Source: Azolla caroliniana (Eukaryota > Plantae > Polypodiophyta). From it: a DNA stretch of 64,000 nt. The position numbers were made by a program, and so were the translations under genes. The notes beneath the pieces are model-generated. The model had not been told where the DNA came from. It saw nothing but the letters and a program-made list of their open reading frames with translations, and did not search any database. How positions within the stretch are numbered: position 1 is the stretch's first letter; the number at the start of each line of letters is the position of its first letter. The stretch covers positions 11,160,001-11,224,000 of the forward strand of contig JBHGNT010000016.1 of assembly GCA_043228905.1 (NCBI GenBank). The letters are read 5' to 3'. This document shows, one piece after another, positions 34,753 through 50,114 of the stretch.

Positions 34753-35443
34753 TGTTGAAAAATCGACGCTCCGATTTTCCTTCGCCACTCGGCCACAACC
34801 GAGGAATCGCGAATCAATGCAGCAGAAAATAGGAAACACAGAGAAAGACACGATAACACAGGGATTAACGTGGAAAACCCTATACGGGAAAAACCACGGG
34901 AGTCCTCAAACTCCAACTATCACTATGAACAGAGATGTACAATGGTGAAGCCTCAAGGCAACAACCTTGAGCTCACTGTCTTCGCCACAGGCGGCGGTAA
35001 TACACAGAGGCAACGACCTCTTCGTCTCTCTCTCTCTCTCTCTCTCTCTCGGCTGCTCTCTTCACTCTCTCTAAGTGGAAAAACAGAAAATTGAGTAGCA
35101 ACTAAAACTGTTTGCCCTAAGTCATATTTATACACATATGACTTTCGGGCTATTTACAAATATAGCCTCAAGGGCCCTTGGCAAACATATTCACAAATAT
35201 GTCCCCGCATCCGGATCTCTCTCCGGGTACATTCGTCATCCAACTCCGTAGCCGGGGTCTCCATCATCCGGCTCCGTAGCCGGGGTCTTTATCATCCGGA
35301 TCCGTATCCGGGTACTTCATTATCCGGATCCGTATCCGGGTACTCTTCATCCGGCTTTATACCGGGTATTCTTCATCATCCGGTTCCGGGCTTGCCGTCA
35401 TTCATCTCCGGACATCCCATCCGGAGGGACCGAAATCCCAACA
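34753..35443 (-). mobile_element. Solo LTR G (Copia-N/F family)
   Basis: TSD TATCA (34748-52 / 35444-48); it interrupts the YVDDML motif of Copia-D. Confidence 0.95.
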
Positions 35444-37638
35444 TATCATCCACATATAGGATGAGTATCAGGAAGTCTCCTCCGTCAAATTTCTTCACAA
35501 ACACGTAGTGATCGGCTTGTGTCTTGTGGTACCCTTGGTCAGTCATGAAGGAGTCAAACTTCCGGTACCATTGCCGGGGGGCTTGCTTTAGTTCGTATAG
35601 GCTCTTCTTTAGCCGGCACACCAGGTGCTCCTTCCCTTTCCTCTCAAATCCTTCCAGTTGATGCATGTAGATCTCTTCTTCCAGGTCGCCATGTAGGAAT
35701 GTCGTCTTGACGTCCAGTTGCTCTACCTCGAGGTCCATGCTTGCCGCTATGCCCAATACTGTCTGGATGGATGTCATCTCTACTACCGGGGCAAAGATCT
35801 CGTCGAAATCCACTGCTTTCTTCTGCTGGAAGCCCTTCACCACGATTCGGGCCTTATACCTTGGTGGATTCCCGGCGTCTCCCGGTTTCAGCTTGTACAC
35901 CCACTTGTTCCGGAGTGACCTCTTTTCTTTCGGCAACTCCACCAATTCATATGTGTGGTTCTCATGCAGGGAATCCATCTCCTCATGCATGGCACTCAAT
36001 CACTTGCAGTTGTGGGTGTCTTTCTTTGCTTCTTCGATGCTTTCCGGCTCCCCCTCATCGGTTAGCAACACATGCTCTGCATCCGGAAATCTCCAGGGGG
36101 TTCTTCTCTCTCGGAGAGGATATCTCCATTCTTGGCTTCTGACTACCGGTTCCTTCGTTTGTTCCTCATCCTAGAACAATTCGGGGTCTTGTCCGGTTCC
36201 GGTGTCTTCTTCTTCTTCTTGTTCGGTTGGTTCGGTTTCCTGTCCGTATCCGGTCGGTTCGTCAACTGTCATCCGGTTACCGGCAAACGTCCGGTTTTCA
36301 ACCAAGTATATCCTTGTGTCCTCAAGCCGGTTTTCATTGGATGATCCGGAGTTGGTCATCTTCTTCTCTGACTCCCACAATGGTCTTGTCTTCCATGAAG
36401 ACTATGTCCCGACTTCGGAACACCTTCTTGTCAACCAGATCCCACACCCTCTAACCGAACTCATCATCACCATATCCAAGGAATATGCATGGCTTGCATT
36501 TCGGATCCAGATTTGCTCTCTTGTCCTTCGCCATATGCACGTATGCGAGACACCCAAACACCTTCAGATGCCGGTAAGACTCATCTTTACCGGTCCATAC
36601 TTTCTGAGGTGAGTCTCCTCCCAAGGGTGTCGAATACAAATGTATAACGGACGTATTCACACTATCCTCTTAGAGAGCCCAAGTTCGGTCTATTTCTGTA
36701 AATAACATAAAGGGCAGTTGCCCTAAGTGAGTCACTATATAAAGTGACTTTGTAACATTTTGTAAAGGTTGGTTGTTCATGGTTGTAACTATTGCCCTTT
36801 TATGAATATAGATATATTCTTTGTGCCTCTCTCTCTCTCTCTCTCTGTGCGTATATTGTTCTTGTTTTTCTCATACGCAGGTATTTCTTCCTCACAGATT
36901 CATACTGTGTGACCTCTTTCGCACTGACGGCCTTGTTCATCCCCAACATTTGGTATCAGAGCTTGGATGTCCTTCATCCCACTGTCGGCCGCCATTCGAA
37001 TCTTTGGATCACAACATTCTGTTTTTTTGTTTTGTATTTGAAGAAACAGAGAAGAGAGAAAAAAAAAAAACGAGGCTTGCATCTCATCGCGTTAGATCAT
37101 CTTCGCTTGGAGTAAGCCAACCGGCTGTACTCTGTTCCTCGTGATCGTAACCGCTCGAGGTGAAATCCCCTTGTGCAACATTGACACGATCGTGCTCCAC
37201 TCGGTTAAACGGCATCCGAACAGGTCACTGAACGCTGCTCGCCGCCCGTTGTAACCACTCGGTGCAGATCGGTCTCAAGACAACAACCCCAATTCGTGCT
37301 TCATCTAGCTGATCGACATTCGGGAGGATCAATTGGATCCGTCTCTCTCGTCGCTGCAGTCACCCGAAGCAGAATCGGTCTAGATAATCAGTATTTGGCA
37401 TATATATTCGGAAGCGAACCGGGCTCACTCCGACTCGGTAACATTCGGGAAGACCAGTCGGTTCTGTCCCTCGAGTTACCGGAGTCAATTCGAGCAAGTT
37501 CAACAATACACATATCCGAAACCGAACCGACTCGGGCTCAAATCCGACTAGAACGATATCGGGTGAGCCGACCGGCTACACTCCAACAAGGTTCGTAGTC
37601 AACTCTGAACCGAGCTTCGTCAACCGAAACCGAATCTG

Positions 37639-40600
37639 ATGGCATCAACATCCGGCTCATCGGAAATGAGTCTAAGGAGGTTCGACGGTTCAAACTTCAA
37701 TTTTTGGAAGGAGCAAATGCAGGACTATCTTATAGTCAAGGGTCAGATCGATCCGATTGAGAATGAAACTGCTCCAGAAATATACAAGGCAAATGAGTGG
37801 CAGAAGCTGGACAGAATCGTCCGCGCCACGATTCGGATGCACCTGTCGGAGTCAGTGTACTTCACAGTGCAATCGTGCACGATAGCCTTCGAACTTTGGA
37901 AGAAGCTGTCGGAAACCTACGAAAAGAAGGTCGCCTCAACGAAGATGTATTTGATCCGACGCCTCTACAACCTGTGGATGAAAGACTCTGATTCGATTCA
38001 GGCACACCTTAACGAGTACGAAAGTTTGAGCTCCCAAATCTCATCACAGGGGATGACAATCGAGGATGAACTCAGAGTAATGATACTCATGAGCAGTCTC
38101 CCCTCCTCTTGGGAAACCTTCGTTACAACTATGTGCAACGCTTCTACTACTGCCATCAAGTACTCCGAAGTCACAAGTGCAATCCTGACTGAAGCAACTC
38201 GGAGAAAGTCTTTCACCAAAGACTCGGCAGAAGAAGCCTCTGTAGTACAAGGTTCGACCGATCGATCAAACAACCGGGGAAGAAGTTCTTCCCAACCGCC
38301 AACAAATCAGCGAAGCTGCAGCAAGTCCCGGGAAACCCGAATCTGCAACTACTGCAAGAAACCGGGACACATCAAGGCCGACTGTCGGGTACTCAAGTCA
38401 AAGACAGTCAAAGCTCAGAGAGCTGATCAGAGGAGTAACCGACATGAGGAAGTCAACTACGTCGGCTCTTCAGCCGAGATACTGACGACCGACCCGAACA
38501 TATTGTCCATAGAGAATCCAGTCGAATCAGAAGTTTTGCTTACGACTGAGGAATCGAGCACATGGCTTCTGGACTCGGGCGTGATGTATCACGTGACACC
38601 TCACCGATCACAGTTTCGGCAATATTCGGACCGGCACTCCGACTCAGTTCGAGTCGGAAATTCGCAGCACTGTGTTATCATCAGAATCGGCACCGCAGAG
38701 CTCGACCTTTCGGGTGGCTCTACACTCGTACTACACAACGTCCGACACGTTCCTGAGCTCTCACGACCCTTGATCTCAGTCGTACAACTTGATGAAGCTG
38801 GCATCCGTGCTGGTTTCTCATCAGGAGGGTGGACACTCCATAGAGGGAACCTCCTGCTTGCTGGGAGGACCGAAGGTACACTCATTGTACCCTTTGTATG
38901 TCACACTCAGAGAGGGTGATTTATTTCTGGTAGATATCCCAATGTCATCCTTATGGCATGGACGACTTGGACACCTCAGCAAGACCGGCATCACGCACCT
39001 ATCCTGAGCCGGATACATCCCGAAACTCTCCTTCTCGGACCATCAGTTTTGCGAGCATTGCCAGTATGGCAAACAGGTAGCCGCATCACACCCGGCATCA
39101 GCACCAAGAGAGTCGAGCCCGCTCGATTTGGTCCACTCGGTGGTGCCTCGTACTTCGTCAGTTTCATTGACGACTCGACTCGGAAGGTGTGGGCTTACCC
39201 CATCAGAACCAAAGATCGGGTGTTCTCAATCTTCTCAGATTGGCTCGCAATGGTCGAAAACCAGACCGGTCGGAAACTGAAGTGTCTCCGAACCGACAAT
39301 GGAGGTGAGTTCAAATCTGATGAATTCGTCAAATTTTGGCGAGAACGCGGCATTAGACGTGAATATACGGCACCATATAGTCCAGAGCAAAACGGAATCG
39401 CAGAACGCATGAATCGAACGATTCAAGAACGCGTTGTATCCATGCTCCACACTCCGGACTGTCAGATGGCTTCTAGGCAGAGGCTCTACTCACGGCAGTA
39501 CACATAATCAATATGTCGCCAAGTAGACGTCTAGGACTTAAGATACCTCAGAAAATATGGACCGACAGAAAGCCGAATTATGATAAGCTGAGGATTTTCG
39601 GTTGCGAGGCATACGCCCTCATACCGAAAGACGACCGCCGAAAGCTCAAACCGAGATCAAGGAAATGCGTTTTCCTTGGGTACGAACCCGACGGCGAGAT
39701 CGGATATCGACTTTGGGACCCCGAGCATAGGCAAATCGTCCGAAGTTCGGACGTCGTGTTCAACGAGTCGACTATGCACAAAACAGCCGAAACGCCTATT
39801 GAAGTCCGAAGGGTAATATTTTCCGAAGTGCCAACCCTTCATGACGGCCCAGCACACAACACGAGACCGGTTTCACGAGTAACCGACTTCTCTCGCACTG
39901 AATCCACAGATTCGGCACAGCCGAATGGCTCAGCTTCCGACCGTCCGACATTGACACCCAGTGCGACCAGTCCAGTCATACCTCGAAGATCTGAGAGACT
40001 GTCGCAACCTCCGGAGAGGTACTCTCCCGAAATTTTCTTCACCGATGCTGGCGAACCGACGTCCTACGAAGAAGCATCGGCAGTTGCCGATTCAGCCACC
40101 TGGCATTTGGCAATGGAGTCGGAAATGCACTCCATCCGCGCCAACAAGACTTGGGATCTGGTCGACTTACCGAAGGATCAACGTGCTCTTCCTTGCAAGT
40201 GGGTCTATAGACTAAAGGAGACGTCCGACTCAACCACCCCAAAGTACAAGGCCAAATTAGTTGCGAAGGGATTTCGACAGGAATATGGCGTCGACTTCGA
40301 CAAAATCTTTTCACCAGTGGTGAAAATGACAACCTTTCGTTTCATGCTCGGTGTTGTGGCCGCCGACAATTTGGAGCTGATTCAGCTAGATGTGAAAACG
40401 ACATTCCTCCACGGTGATCTAAAGGAGGAAATCTACATGGAGCAGCCGAAAGGCTTTGTGGCCACCAGTGAGGAACATCTAGTCTGCCGACTCAGGAAGA
40501 GTCTTTACGGCCTGAAACAGGCACCCCGGCAGTGGTACAAGAAGTTCGACGATTTCATCCAGTCGGTCGGCTTCTCCAAGAGCGATGAGGACCACTGCCT

Positions 40601-41629
40601 CTCTACCAAAACAACTCAAGACGGTTCTCCCGTCTTCCTCATCAGCTACGTGGAGAACATGCTACTCTCCGGTCGGCATACCGGAGAGCTCACCGAACTC
40701 GTTCTGAAACTGCGATTGAAGTTTGCCATGAAGGACCTCAGTCCGGCAAGACACATACTCGGAATGAAGATTAGTCGGAATCGCGCCAAAAGACAGCTTT
40801 TTCTCTCTCAAACCGACTACATCGGACGTGTCTTGGAACGCTTCAACATGCAATCCGCCAAGTCTGCTTCAACCCCGCTCCCCATTCATCTTCGGCTTTC
40901 TCGGCGAGACTGCCCGACATCTGGTCCGGAGGGGAAAGATATGAAGTGAGTATCGTATGCACCGGCAATAGGCTCTCTGATGTACGCGATGGTCGCAACA
41001 CGGCCTGATATTTCTCACGCCGTAGGAGTCATCAGCAGATTTATGCACAATCCCAACCGATCGCACTGGAACGTAGTCAAGTATGTGTTCAGATATTTAG
41101 CTGGCACAAAAGACCACGACATCCTTTTCGGTCCGAACTCAATTTCAGGCGTAGTCGGTTACACCGACTCGGACTTCGCCGATTGTGTGGATAGTCGCAA
41201 GTCAACAACTGGATATTGCTTAAATTCGGCAATGAAGCAATCTCGCGGAAGTCGAAACTTCAGGAGTGCACAGCCACCTCAACGACCGAAGCAGAATATG
41301 TAGCTGCCTCCGAAGCAGCGAAAGAAGCTTTATGGCTCGGTCGGCTGGCGCACACGTTTCGGCAAGTCGACTCCGACTCAGCCCCAGTTGTCTACAGCGA
41401 CAGTCAAAGTGTTGTTGCTTTGTCGAAAAATCCGGTTCATCACAACGCCTCCAAGAATATTGAAGTTCGATATCACTTTGTTCGGGACTGCGTCATTTCT
41501 AGGAAAATCGGTCTAGAGAAGATATCCACAACTGATAATGTCGCAGATGGAATGACCAAGAGTCTTTTGGCAGACCGGTTCCGGTCTCTTCGGCAACAGA
41601 TGGGCGTAAGAACATATCGGTCCGGTTGA
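37639..41629 (+). pseudogene. Copia-H gag-pol (frameshifts, stops)
   Basis: CNYCKKPGHIKADC, WLLDSG, RTDNGGEF, SLYGLKQAPRQW, YVENML (mutated YVDD), TTEAEY. Confidence 0.93.
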
Positions 41630-42541
41630 AGCCGGACACAGTGCAAAACGGTTTCGGACAACAGACATCGGTTCACTGACAATCGGCTTCAGCCTTTCCG
41701 ACCCGGCCAGTTCGGTCTTCTGTCTACGGATCATGCCGATTCGAACAAAACCGACCCGTCCGAGCTATTGGGAGACAGGTCCCTCCGGATGGGAAGGGAG
41801 AAGAACAGAGCCGGATGGTGCAGACCTGGTACAGAACCGGATGAGGAGTACCCGGCTACGGAGAGCCGGATGGCGCAGGCCCGGTATGAACCGGATGAGG
41901 AGTACTCGGCTATGGAGAGCCGGATGGTGCAAGCCCGGTATGAACCGGATGAGGAGTACCCGGCTACGGAGAGCCGGATGATACAGACCCGGTGAAGACC
42001 GGATGAGGAATACCCGGCTACGGAGAGCCGGATGGTACAGACCCGGTGAGAACCGGAGGAACAGACATATTCGTAAATATGTTTCTGAGAGCCCATCGAG
42101 GCTACATTTGTAAATAGCCGAAAAGTCATATTAGTATAAATATGACTTAGGGCAAACTTTTAGAAGTTAGTGTTGTCATTTTCTTGTTGGTGCAAGAATA
42201 GAGAGAGCATGTAACTGTACAGAGAGAGAGAGAGAGAGAGGTTGTTGCCTCTGTTGTAACCGCCGCCTGTGGCGAAGATCCGTGAGCACAAGGTCGGTGC
42301 CTCAGTGAACTCACTGTTGTACATACTTACATAGTGACAGTTTGCAGCCTGTGGGCTGCCGTGGTTTTTTCCCCTAGTTTGGGGTTTTCCACGTAAACAT
42401 CCTGTGTACCATTTCTCTTCTTTGTGTCGCGTTTTATTTCTCGTTTTCTGTGTATGAAAAGAATCTCGGTTGTGGCCGAGCGTTGGACATAAGGAGCCTT
42501 GAGTTCCCGTCAAGTGGTATCAGAGCGAATCGACACAAAAA

Positions 42542-44564
42542 ATGGACGAATCGTTTCGCGGCATGTTCAAGCTCACCGGCTCCAACTATTCAGTGTGGAA
42601 GTCGAAGATGAGGGACATGCTCGTGGTTAAAGACCTCTGGCTGCCAATTCAGTTCGGGGACAAGAGACCGGACAAAATCGACGTTGCGATATGGGAGGTG
42701 ATGCACATGAAGACAACGGCGTACATACGGTGCTTCATCGACATGAGCCTATACAACAACTTCAATGAAGAGAGCAAGGCTCATGAGCTCTGGGAGAAGA
42801 TCGGCATAATGTTCCAGAACAAAAATGTTGTTAATCAGGTGTCGGTATTCCGGAAGCTAGTAAGACTCCGGTACCAAGATGGCTCCAACATGGCGGAGTA
42901 CATGAATGCCTTCCAGGGGCTGATACACCAGGCAACGTCATTGGAAGTACCTCTTGCCGATGAGGTACTAGCGCTACTCCTGCTCGGTTCCCTCCCAGAT
43001 AGCTGGGAGACGTTGGTTGTCACTTTGGGCAACGCCGGGCCGGAAGGAAAACGGTTATCCCTAGCAAGAGTAAAGTCTAGCTTGCTAGATGAGGAGGCGC
43101 GTCGGAAGGATAAAGATACGAGCTCCGACTCCAAAGTGCTCCTTACCGAATCGGAATGCAAAAGACATAGAAACAGTAGTCCCCAGAACCGGGAGAAGTC
43201 TGGGACACGGTCAAAGTCAAGGGGGAGGCCCACTTGCTTCTATTGCGGCAAGCCGGGTCACTTCCAAAAGAACTGTCGGCTTTTCCGTAAAGACAAGGAA
43301 ACCAACGGTACCGATTCGAAGCAAATCCCGGACCGGAACGGTAAAGACTGGAGGGGGCCGGACCGGAAGGGAACGACGGCAATCGCGGCAAGTGAAGAGG
43401 AGTTGATGCTCATCACCGAGGAGAGTGAGATAAACCTTGCCGGCGACGAGATGACCTGGGTGGTAGACTCCGGAATGTCATTTCACCTTACCCCCCCGGA
43501 CCGGAAATGCTTCTCATCCTACTCAGCTGGTGACCACGGTTGTGTCCGGATGGGGAATGAAGGTACATGCCGAATTGTCGGCATAGGAGACGTGTGGCTG
43601 TCAACACCAACCGGATGCAAGTTGTTGCTAAAGGATGTCCGACACGTTCCGGAAGTTCGTCTGAACCTGATATCAGCCGGTCGGCTAGATGATGAAGGCT
43701 ACACGGGTAGCATCCGAAATGGTGTCATGAAGTTCAGCAAAGGGAGCCTGATTGTGGCTCGGGCCCGGAAGGTAAACACGTTGTACCTGATGAATGCCTG
43801 GTTATGTCCGGAAGAAGTGAACGTGGCATCCGACACTGCCGGTGAGCTGTGGCACAAGAGACTGTGTCATATGAGCGAGAAGGGGATGAAGAGGCTTGCA
43901 GACGACAACCTCATTCCAGTGAAGAACGTGCACTTGGAGAAGTGCACTGATTGTCTGGCCGGTAAGCAGAACCGGACCTCTTTCCGACCAAGGCCACCGA
44001 TGAGACGTAATGCACCACTAGAGTTGGTGCATACGGATGTGTGTCAAGGAGACACGAAGTCACACGCCGGAGTGCAGTACTTCGTGACGTTCATAGATGA
44101 CCACAGCCGGAAGCTGTGGGCCACACCGTTGAAGACGAAGGATCAGGTGTTATCCGTCTTCAAAGAGCTCCACGCGAGAGTGGAAAGAGAAATCGGCTGG
44201 AAGCTGAAGGCGGTTCGAGCAGATAACGGAGGAGAGTACCAGGGGCAGTTCGAGGAGTACTGCCGCTCGAAGGGAATCCGGCTCGAATTTACCGTGCCGA
44301 AGACGCCGGAACTAAACGGACTGGCCGAGAGGATGAACCGGACCATAATGGAGAGGGTCCGGAGTATGCTAGCACATGCAAAACTACCCAAGAAGTTTTG
44401 GGCTGAGGCATTGTTGACGGCGACATACGTGATAAACAGATCACCCTCAGTACCCTTGGACGGAGACACGCCATAGAGAGTATGGATCGGTAAGGAAGTG
44501 TCCTACCGGCATCTAAAGGTGTTCGGGTGTCTCGCGTACCTGCATGTAGCAAAGGACCGGAGAG
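42542..44564 (+). pseudogene. Copia-I gag-PR-INT
   Basis: 644-aa ORF, then a stop; interrupted by Copia-J. Confidence 0.93.
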
Positions 44565-44971
44565 TGTTGGGATTTTCGGTCCCTCCGGATGGGATGTCCG
44601 GAGATGAATGACGGCAAGCCCGGTTGCGGTTACGGAACCGGAGGATGAAGAGTACCCGGCATGAAGCCGGATGAAGAGTACCCGGCTACGGAGCCGGATG
44701 ATGAAGAGTACCCGGCTACGGAGCTGGATGATGAAGACCCGGCTACGGAGCCGGATGATGAAGACCCCGGCTACGGAGCCGGATGATGAATGTACCCGGA
44801 GAGAGATCCGGATGTGGGGACATATTTGTGAATATGTTTGCCAAGGGCCCTTGAGGCTATATTTGTAAATAGCCCGAAAGTCATATGTGTATAAATATGA
44901 CTTAGGGCAAACAGTTTTATGTGTTGTTGCTTATTTTTCTGTTTTCCACTTAGAGAGAGTGAAGAGAGCAG

Positions 44972-45026
<55 letters not shown>

Positions 45027-45320
45027 GAGGAGGTCGTTGCCTCTGTGTATTACCGCCGCCTGTGGCGAAGACAGTGAGCTCAAGGTTGTTGCCTTGAAGC
45101 TTCACCATTGTACATCTCTGTTCATAGTGATAGTTGGAGTTTGAGGACTCCCGTGGTTTTTCCCATTTAGGGTTTTCCACGTAAAATATCCTGTGTACTC
45201 TTCTCTCTATTGTCTTCGTGTACTTTGTATTTCCTATTTTCTGTGAGTTGATCCTATTCCTCGGTTGTGGCCGAGCACCGTGTGTAACAAAGTGGTATCA
45301 GAGCGACGGCAGTGCAGAAA

Positions 45321-48300
45321 ATAGAAGGCGGCAGCAGCGGGCAGCCGGGAATGATGGTGCTGAATGCGCAGAATTACGCCAACTGGAAGATCAAGATGGA
45401 GGATCTTCTGATTGTTCGGGACCTGTACGAACCGATTGACAGGTCGGAAATACCGAAGGGGGTACTTGAGACGGAATGGAGGCTTCTGAACCGGAAAGCC
45501 GTTGCAACCATTCGGCAATACGTCGACGTGAGCGTTCTACAACATGTGGCGAACGACACCAACGCATACGAGATGTGGCGGAAGCTGTCGGGTCTCTACG
45601 AGAGGAAGAATGCGTTGAACCGGACCTCCCTGATGAGGAAGATAGTGAACCTCAAGTACCGCGACGGCGAGAGTATGGTGGAACACGTAAGCACGTTCAT
45701 GGGATTTGTGAACCAGCTTGCGGCGATCAAGTTCCCGTTGGAGGATGCAATGCAAGCCATCATTCTGATGTGTACACTGCCGGAAAGCTGGGAGAACTTG
45801 GTGGTGACTCTCAGCACCTCCTGCACCGAAGATAACTTGTCTCTACAAACGGTAAAGACAAGTATTTTGAACGAAGAAGCGCGTCGGAGAGATAAAGAAC
45901 CGGCCTCCGACTCGAAGGCGCTACTTACCGAATCGGAACGGGGAAGACAATGGAACCGGAGTCCGCAAAGACGGGAGAAGTCGGGGACCCGGTCGCAGTC
46001 AAGAGGAAGACCCACATGCTTCCACTGTGGGAAGCCGGGGCACTTCCGGAAGAATTGTCGGCATTACCGAAAGGACAACGGAGCCGACGACACCGATTCG
46101 AAGAAGTCACCGGAGAGAAACGGTGCATACCGGGGAGCCACGGACCGGAGAGGTCCGGATCGGCGAGGGCAGGAACGGAAAGGAACGACGGCACTCGCGG
46201 CAAGTGAAGAAGAGATAATGCTCATTACCGAAGAGAGGGAGCTGAACCTTGCCGGTGAAGAGATGACCTGGGTGGTCGATTCCGGAGCATCGTTCCACCT
46301 GACCCCGGAGAAGAAATACTTCTCATCCTACACAGCCGGTGAGCACAGCTGTGTCCGGATGGGAAATGAAGGTACATGCCGGATTGCCGGCATAGGAGAC
46401 GTGTGGCTGATGACATCAACCGGATGCAAGATGCTGCTGAAGGATGTGCGACACGTTCCGGAGGGCCGATTGAACCTGATCTCGGCCGGGAGGCTAGACG
46501 ATGAAGGCTACACGGGTAGCATCCTGAACGGTGTCATGAAGTTCAGCAAAGGGAGCCTGATAGTGGCTCGGGCCCGGAAGGTCAACACACTGTACCTGAT
46601 GAATTCCCGGCTATGTCCGGAGGAGCTGAACGTGGCATCTGACACTGACGGTGAGCTGTGGCACAAGAGACTGTGCCACATGAGCGACAAGGGGATGAAG
46701 AGGCTTGCTGAAGACAACCTGATACCTATAAAGCACGTACACCTGGGGAAGTGTACCGACTGTCTGGTCGGTAAGCAAAACCGGACCTCCTTCCGCTCAA
46801 GACCACCGATGAGACGTAGTGTACCATTGGAGTTGGTACACACTGATGTGTGCCAGGTAGAAACGAAGTCACATGGCGGAGCCCAGTACTTCGTAACATT
46901 CATAGATGACCATAGCCGGAAGCTGTGGACGGCACCGTTGAAGACAAAGGACCAAGTATTGTCCGTCTTCAAAGAACTCCACGCGAGAGTGGAAAGAGAA
47001 TCCGGCAAGAAGCTGAAAGCGATACGAGCGGATAACGGAGGGGAATACCGGGGGCAGTTCGTGGAGTACTGTCGCTCGAAGGGAATCCGGCTCGAGTTTA
47101 CTGTGCCGAAGACGCCGGAACTGAACGGGCTGGCCGAGAGGATGAACCGGACCATAATGGAGAGGGTCCGGAGTATGCTGGCACATGCGAAATTACCCAA
47201 GGGATTTTGGGCTGAGGCAATGTCGACGGCGACATATGTGATAAATAGATCACCCTCAGTATCCCTGGATGGAGACACGCCACAGAGAGTGTGGACCGGT
47301 AAGGAAGTGTCCTACCGGCACCTGAAGGTATTCGGGTGTCTCACATATGTGCATGTGGCAAAGGACCGGAGAAGAAAGCTAGATCCAAAGACCCGGCCAT
47401 GCATATTCCTCGGTTACGGCGACGACGAGTTTGGCTACCGAGTATGGGACCCGGTCGACAAGAAGATATTCCGGAGTCGCGACATCATCTTCATGGAGAA
47501 CAAGACACTCGCCGACTGGGAGTCGGAGAAGAAGATGAAGAGCTCCAAGTCTACCGGAGAGGATAAACTCTACGAGGAGCAGTCCCGACCGGCAAGGGAC
47601 CGGTTAACACTCGAAGATCCGGCCGAAGACGGTGAAGAAACAGAACCGGCCGAAGAAGATGAAAATGATACCGGAACCGGCCCCGATCCCGAAATGGATT
47701 CGGATGAAGAAGAATCGGAAGAACCGATTACCGAAGCTCCGGAACGGAGATATCCTCTAAGAGAGAGAAGGGCCCCCCGGAGATTTCCGGAACCAGAGCA
47801 CGTGCTGCTAACCGACGAGGGGGAGCCGGAGAGCTTTGAAGAAGCGAAGCATGACACCCATAGCCGCAGGTGGTTAAGTGCCATGCAGGAGGAGATGGAT
47901 TCCCTGCATGAGAACCACACATATGAACTTGTGGAGTTGCCGAAAGGAAAACGGGCACTCCGTAACAAGTGGGTGTTCAAGCTGAAACCGGGAGATGCCG
48001 AAAACCCCCCGAGATACAAAGCCAGGATCGTGGTGAAGGGGTTTCAGCAGAAGAAGGGCGTCGACTTCGACGAGATATTTGCCCCGGTAGTGAAGATGAC
48101 CTCCATCCGGACGGTGCTGAGCATAGCGGCAAGCATGGACCTCGAGGTAGAACAGATGGACGTGAAGACGGCATTCCTTCACGGTGACCTCGAAGAAGAG
48201 ATCTACATGCAGCAACCGGAAGGATTCGAGAAGAAAGGGAAGGAGCACCTCGTATGCCGGTTGAAGAAGAGCCTTTACGGTCTGAAGCAGGCTCCCCGGC

Positions 48301-49394
48301 AATGGTACCGGAAGTTCGACTCCTTCATGACAGACGAAGGGTACCACAAAACGCAGTCCGATCACTGCGTGTTTGTGAAGAAGTTCGAAGGAGGAGACTT
48401 TCTAATACTCCTCCTGTACGTGGACGACATGTTGATCGTCGGACGGGACCAGGTCAAGATACGGATGCTGAAGAAGGCCCTTCACCGAACCTTCTCAATG
48501 AAAGACCTGGGTCCGGCGAGGCAAATACTAGGGATGCACATCATCCGGGACCGGAAGAAGAAGCAGTTGTGGCTGTCACAGGAGAAGTACGTGACAAAGG
48601 TGCTTCACCGGTTCAACATGTCGGAAGCAAGACCGGTCGGGTCAACCCTCCCAGCAAACTGCAAGTTGTCCAGCAAGCAAAGCCCCAAGACAAAGGCTGA
48701 GAAGGAGGACATCATGAAAGTACCATATGCCTCTGCCGTCGGAAGCTTGATGTACGCAATGGTGTGTACAAGACCGGACATAGGATATGCAGTCGGAGTG
48801 GTGAGCCGGTACATGAGCAACCCCGGCAAAGAGCACTGGAACGCGGCCAAGTGGATACTCTGATACCTGAAGGGCACGGCAAACGTGTGCCTCCGATTCG
48901 GCTCCGGTAAGCCCGAACTCGACGGCTTTACCGATTCGGATATGTCGGTTGATGCTGATACCAGCCGGTCCACATCAGGGTATGTGATGACGTATGCAGG
49001 GGGAGCTGTTTCGTGGCAGTCGAGGCTGCAGAAGACGGTTGCGTTGTCAACCACGGAGGCGGAGTACATGGCGGCTGTTGAAGCCGGCAAGGAAATAATA
49101 TGGATGAAGGACTTCATTAGAGAGCTCGGTATCCGGCAGGAGGAGTACCGACTCTACTGCGACAGTCAGAGTGCCATCCACCTTGTGAAGAACGCGGCCT
49201 ATCACTCCCGGACGAAGCACATCCAGCGTAGATACCACTGGATCCGGGAAAGGATAGAAGACAAGGAGTTCGTGCTGACGAAGATCCACACGGACGAGAA
49301 CGGGTCGGATATGCTGACCAAGGTACTTACACCCGACAAGCTGGAAGCATGCCGGAAGAGGATCGGATTGGAGAGACATCCCATGCCGAAGTGA
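45321..49394 (+). pseudogene. Copia-J gag-pol (ATG>ATA at 45321, TGA at 48861)
   Basis: ORFs 45312..48863 and 48885..49394 share a frame. Confidence 0.95.
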
Positions 49395-50114
49395 AGGGGG
49401 AGTTTGTTGGGATTTTCGGTCCCTCCGGATGGGATGTCCGGAGATGAATGACGGCAAGCCCGGTTGCGGTTACGGAACCGGAGGATGAAGAGTACCCGGC
49501 ATGAAGCCGGATGAAGAGTACCCGGCTACGGAGCCGGATGATGAAGAGTACCCGGCTACGGAGCCGGATGATGAAGACCCGGCTACGGAGCCGGATGATG
49601 AAGACCCCGGCTACGGAGCCGGATGATGAATGTACCCGGAGAGAGATCCGGATGTGGGGACATATTTGTGAATATGTTTGCCAAGGGCCCTTGAGGCTAT
49701 ATTTGTAAATAGCCCGAAAGTCATATGTGTATAAATATGACTTAGGGCAAACAGTTTTATGTGTTGCTACTTATTTTTCTGTTTTTCCACTCAAGAGGAG
49801 TGAAGAGAGAGCAGCCGTGAGAGAGACAGAGCGTGAGAGAGGAAGAGGTCGACGCCTCTTTGTAATACCGCCGCCTATGGCGAGGATGGCGAGCTCAGGG
49901 TCGTCGCCTTGTAGCTCGCCATTGTATATTTCTCTGTGCATAGTTTTGGTTTGGAGTCTTGCACTCCCGTGGTTTTTCCCGTATAGGGTTTTCCACGTCA
50001 ATCCCTGTGTTATCGTGTCTTTCTCTGTATTTCCTATTTTCTGCAACAACGATTCGTGTGTTTCCTCGGTTGTGGCCGAGAGGTGAAGGTGAATCGGAGC
50101 GTTGATTCTCAACA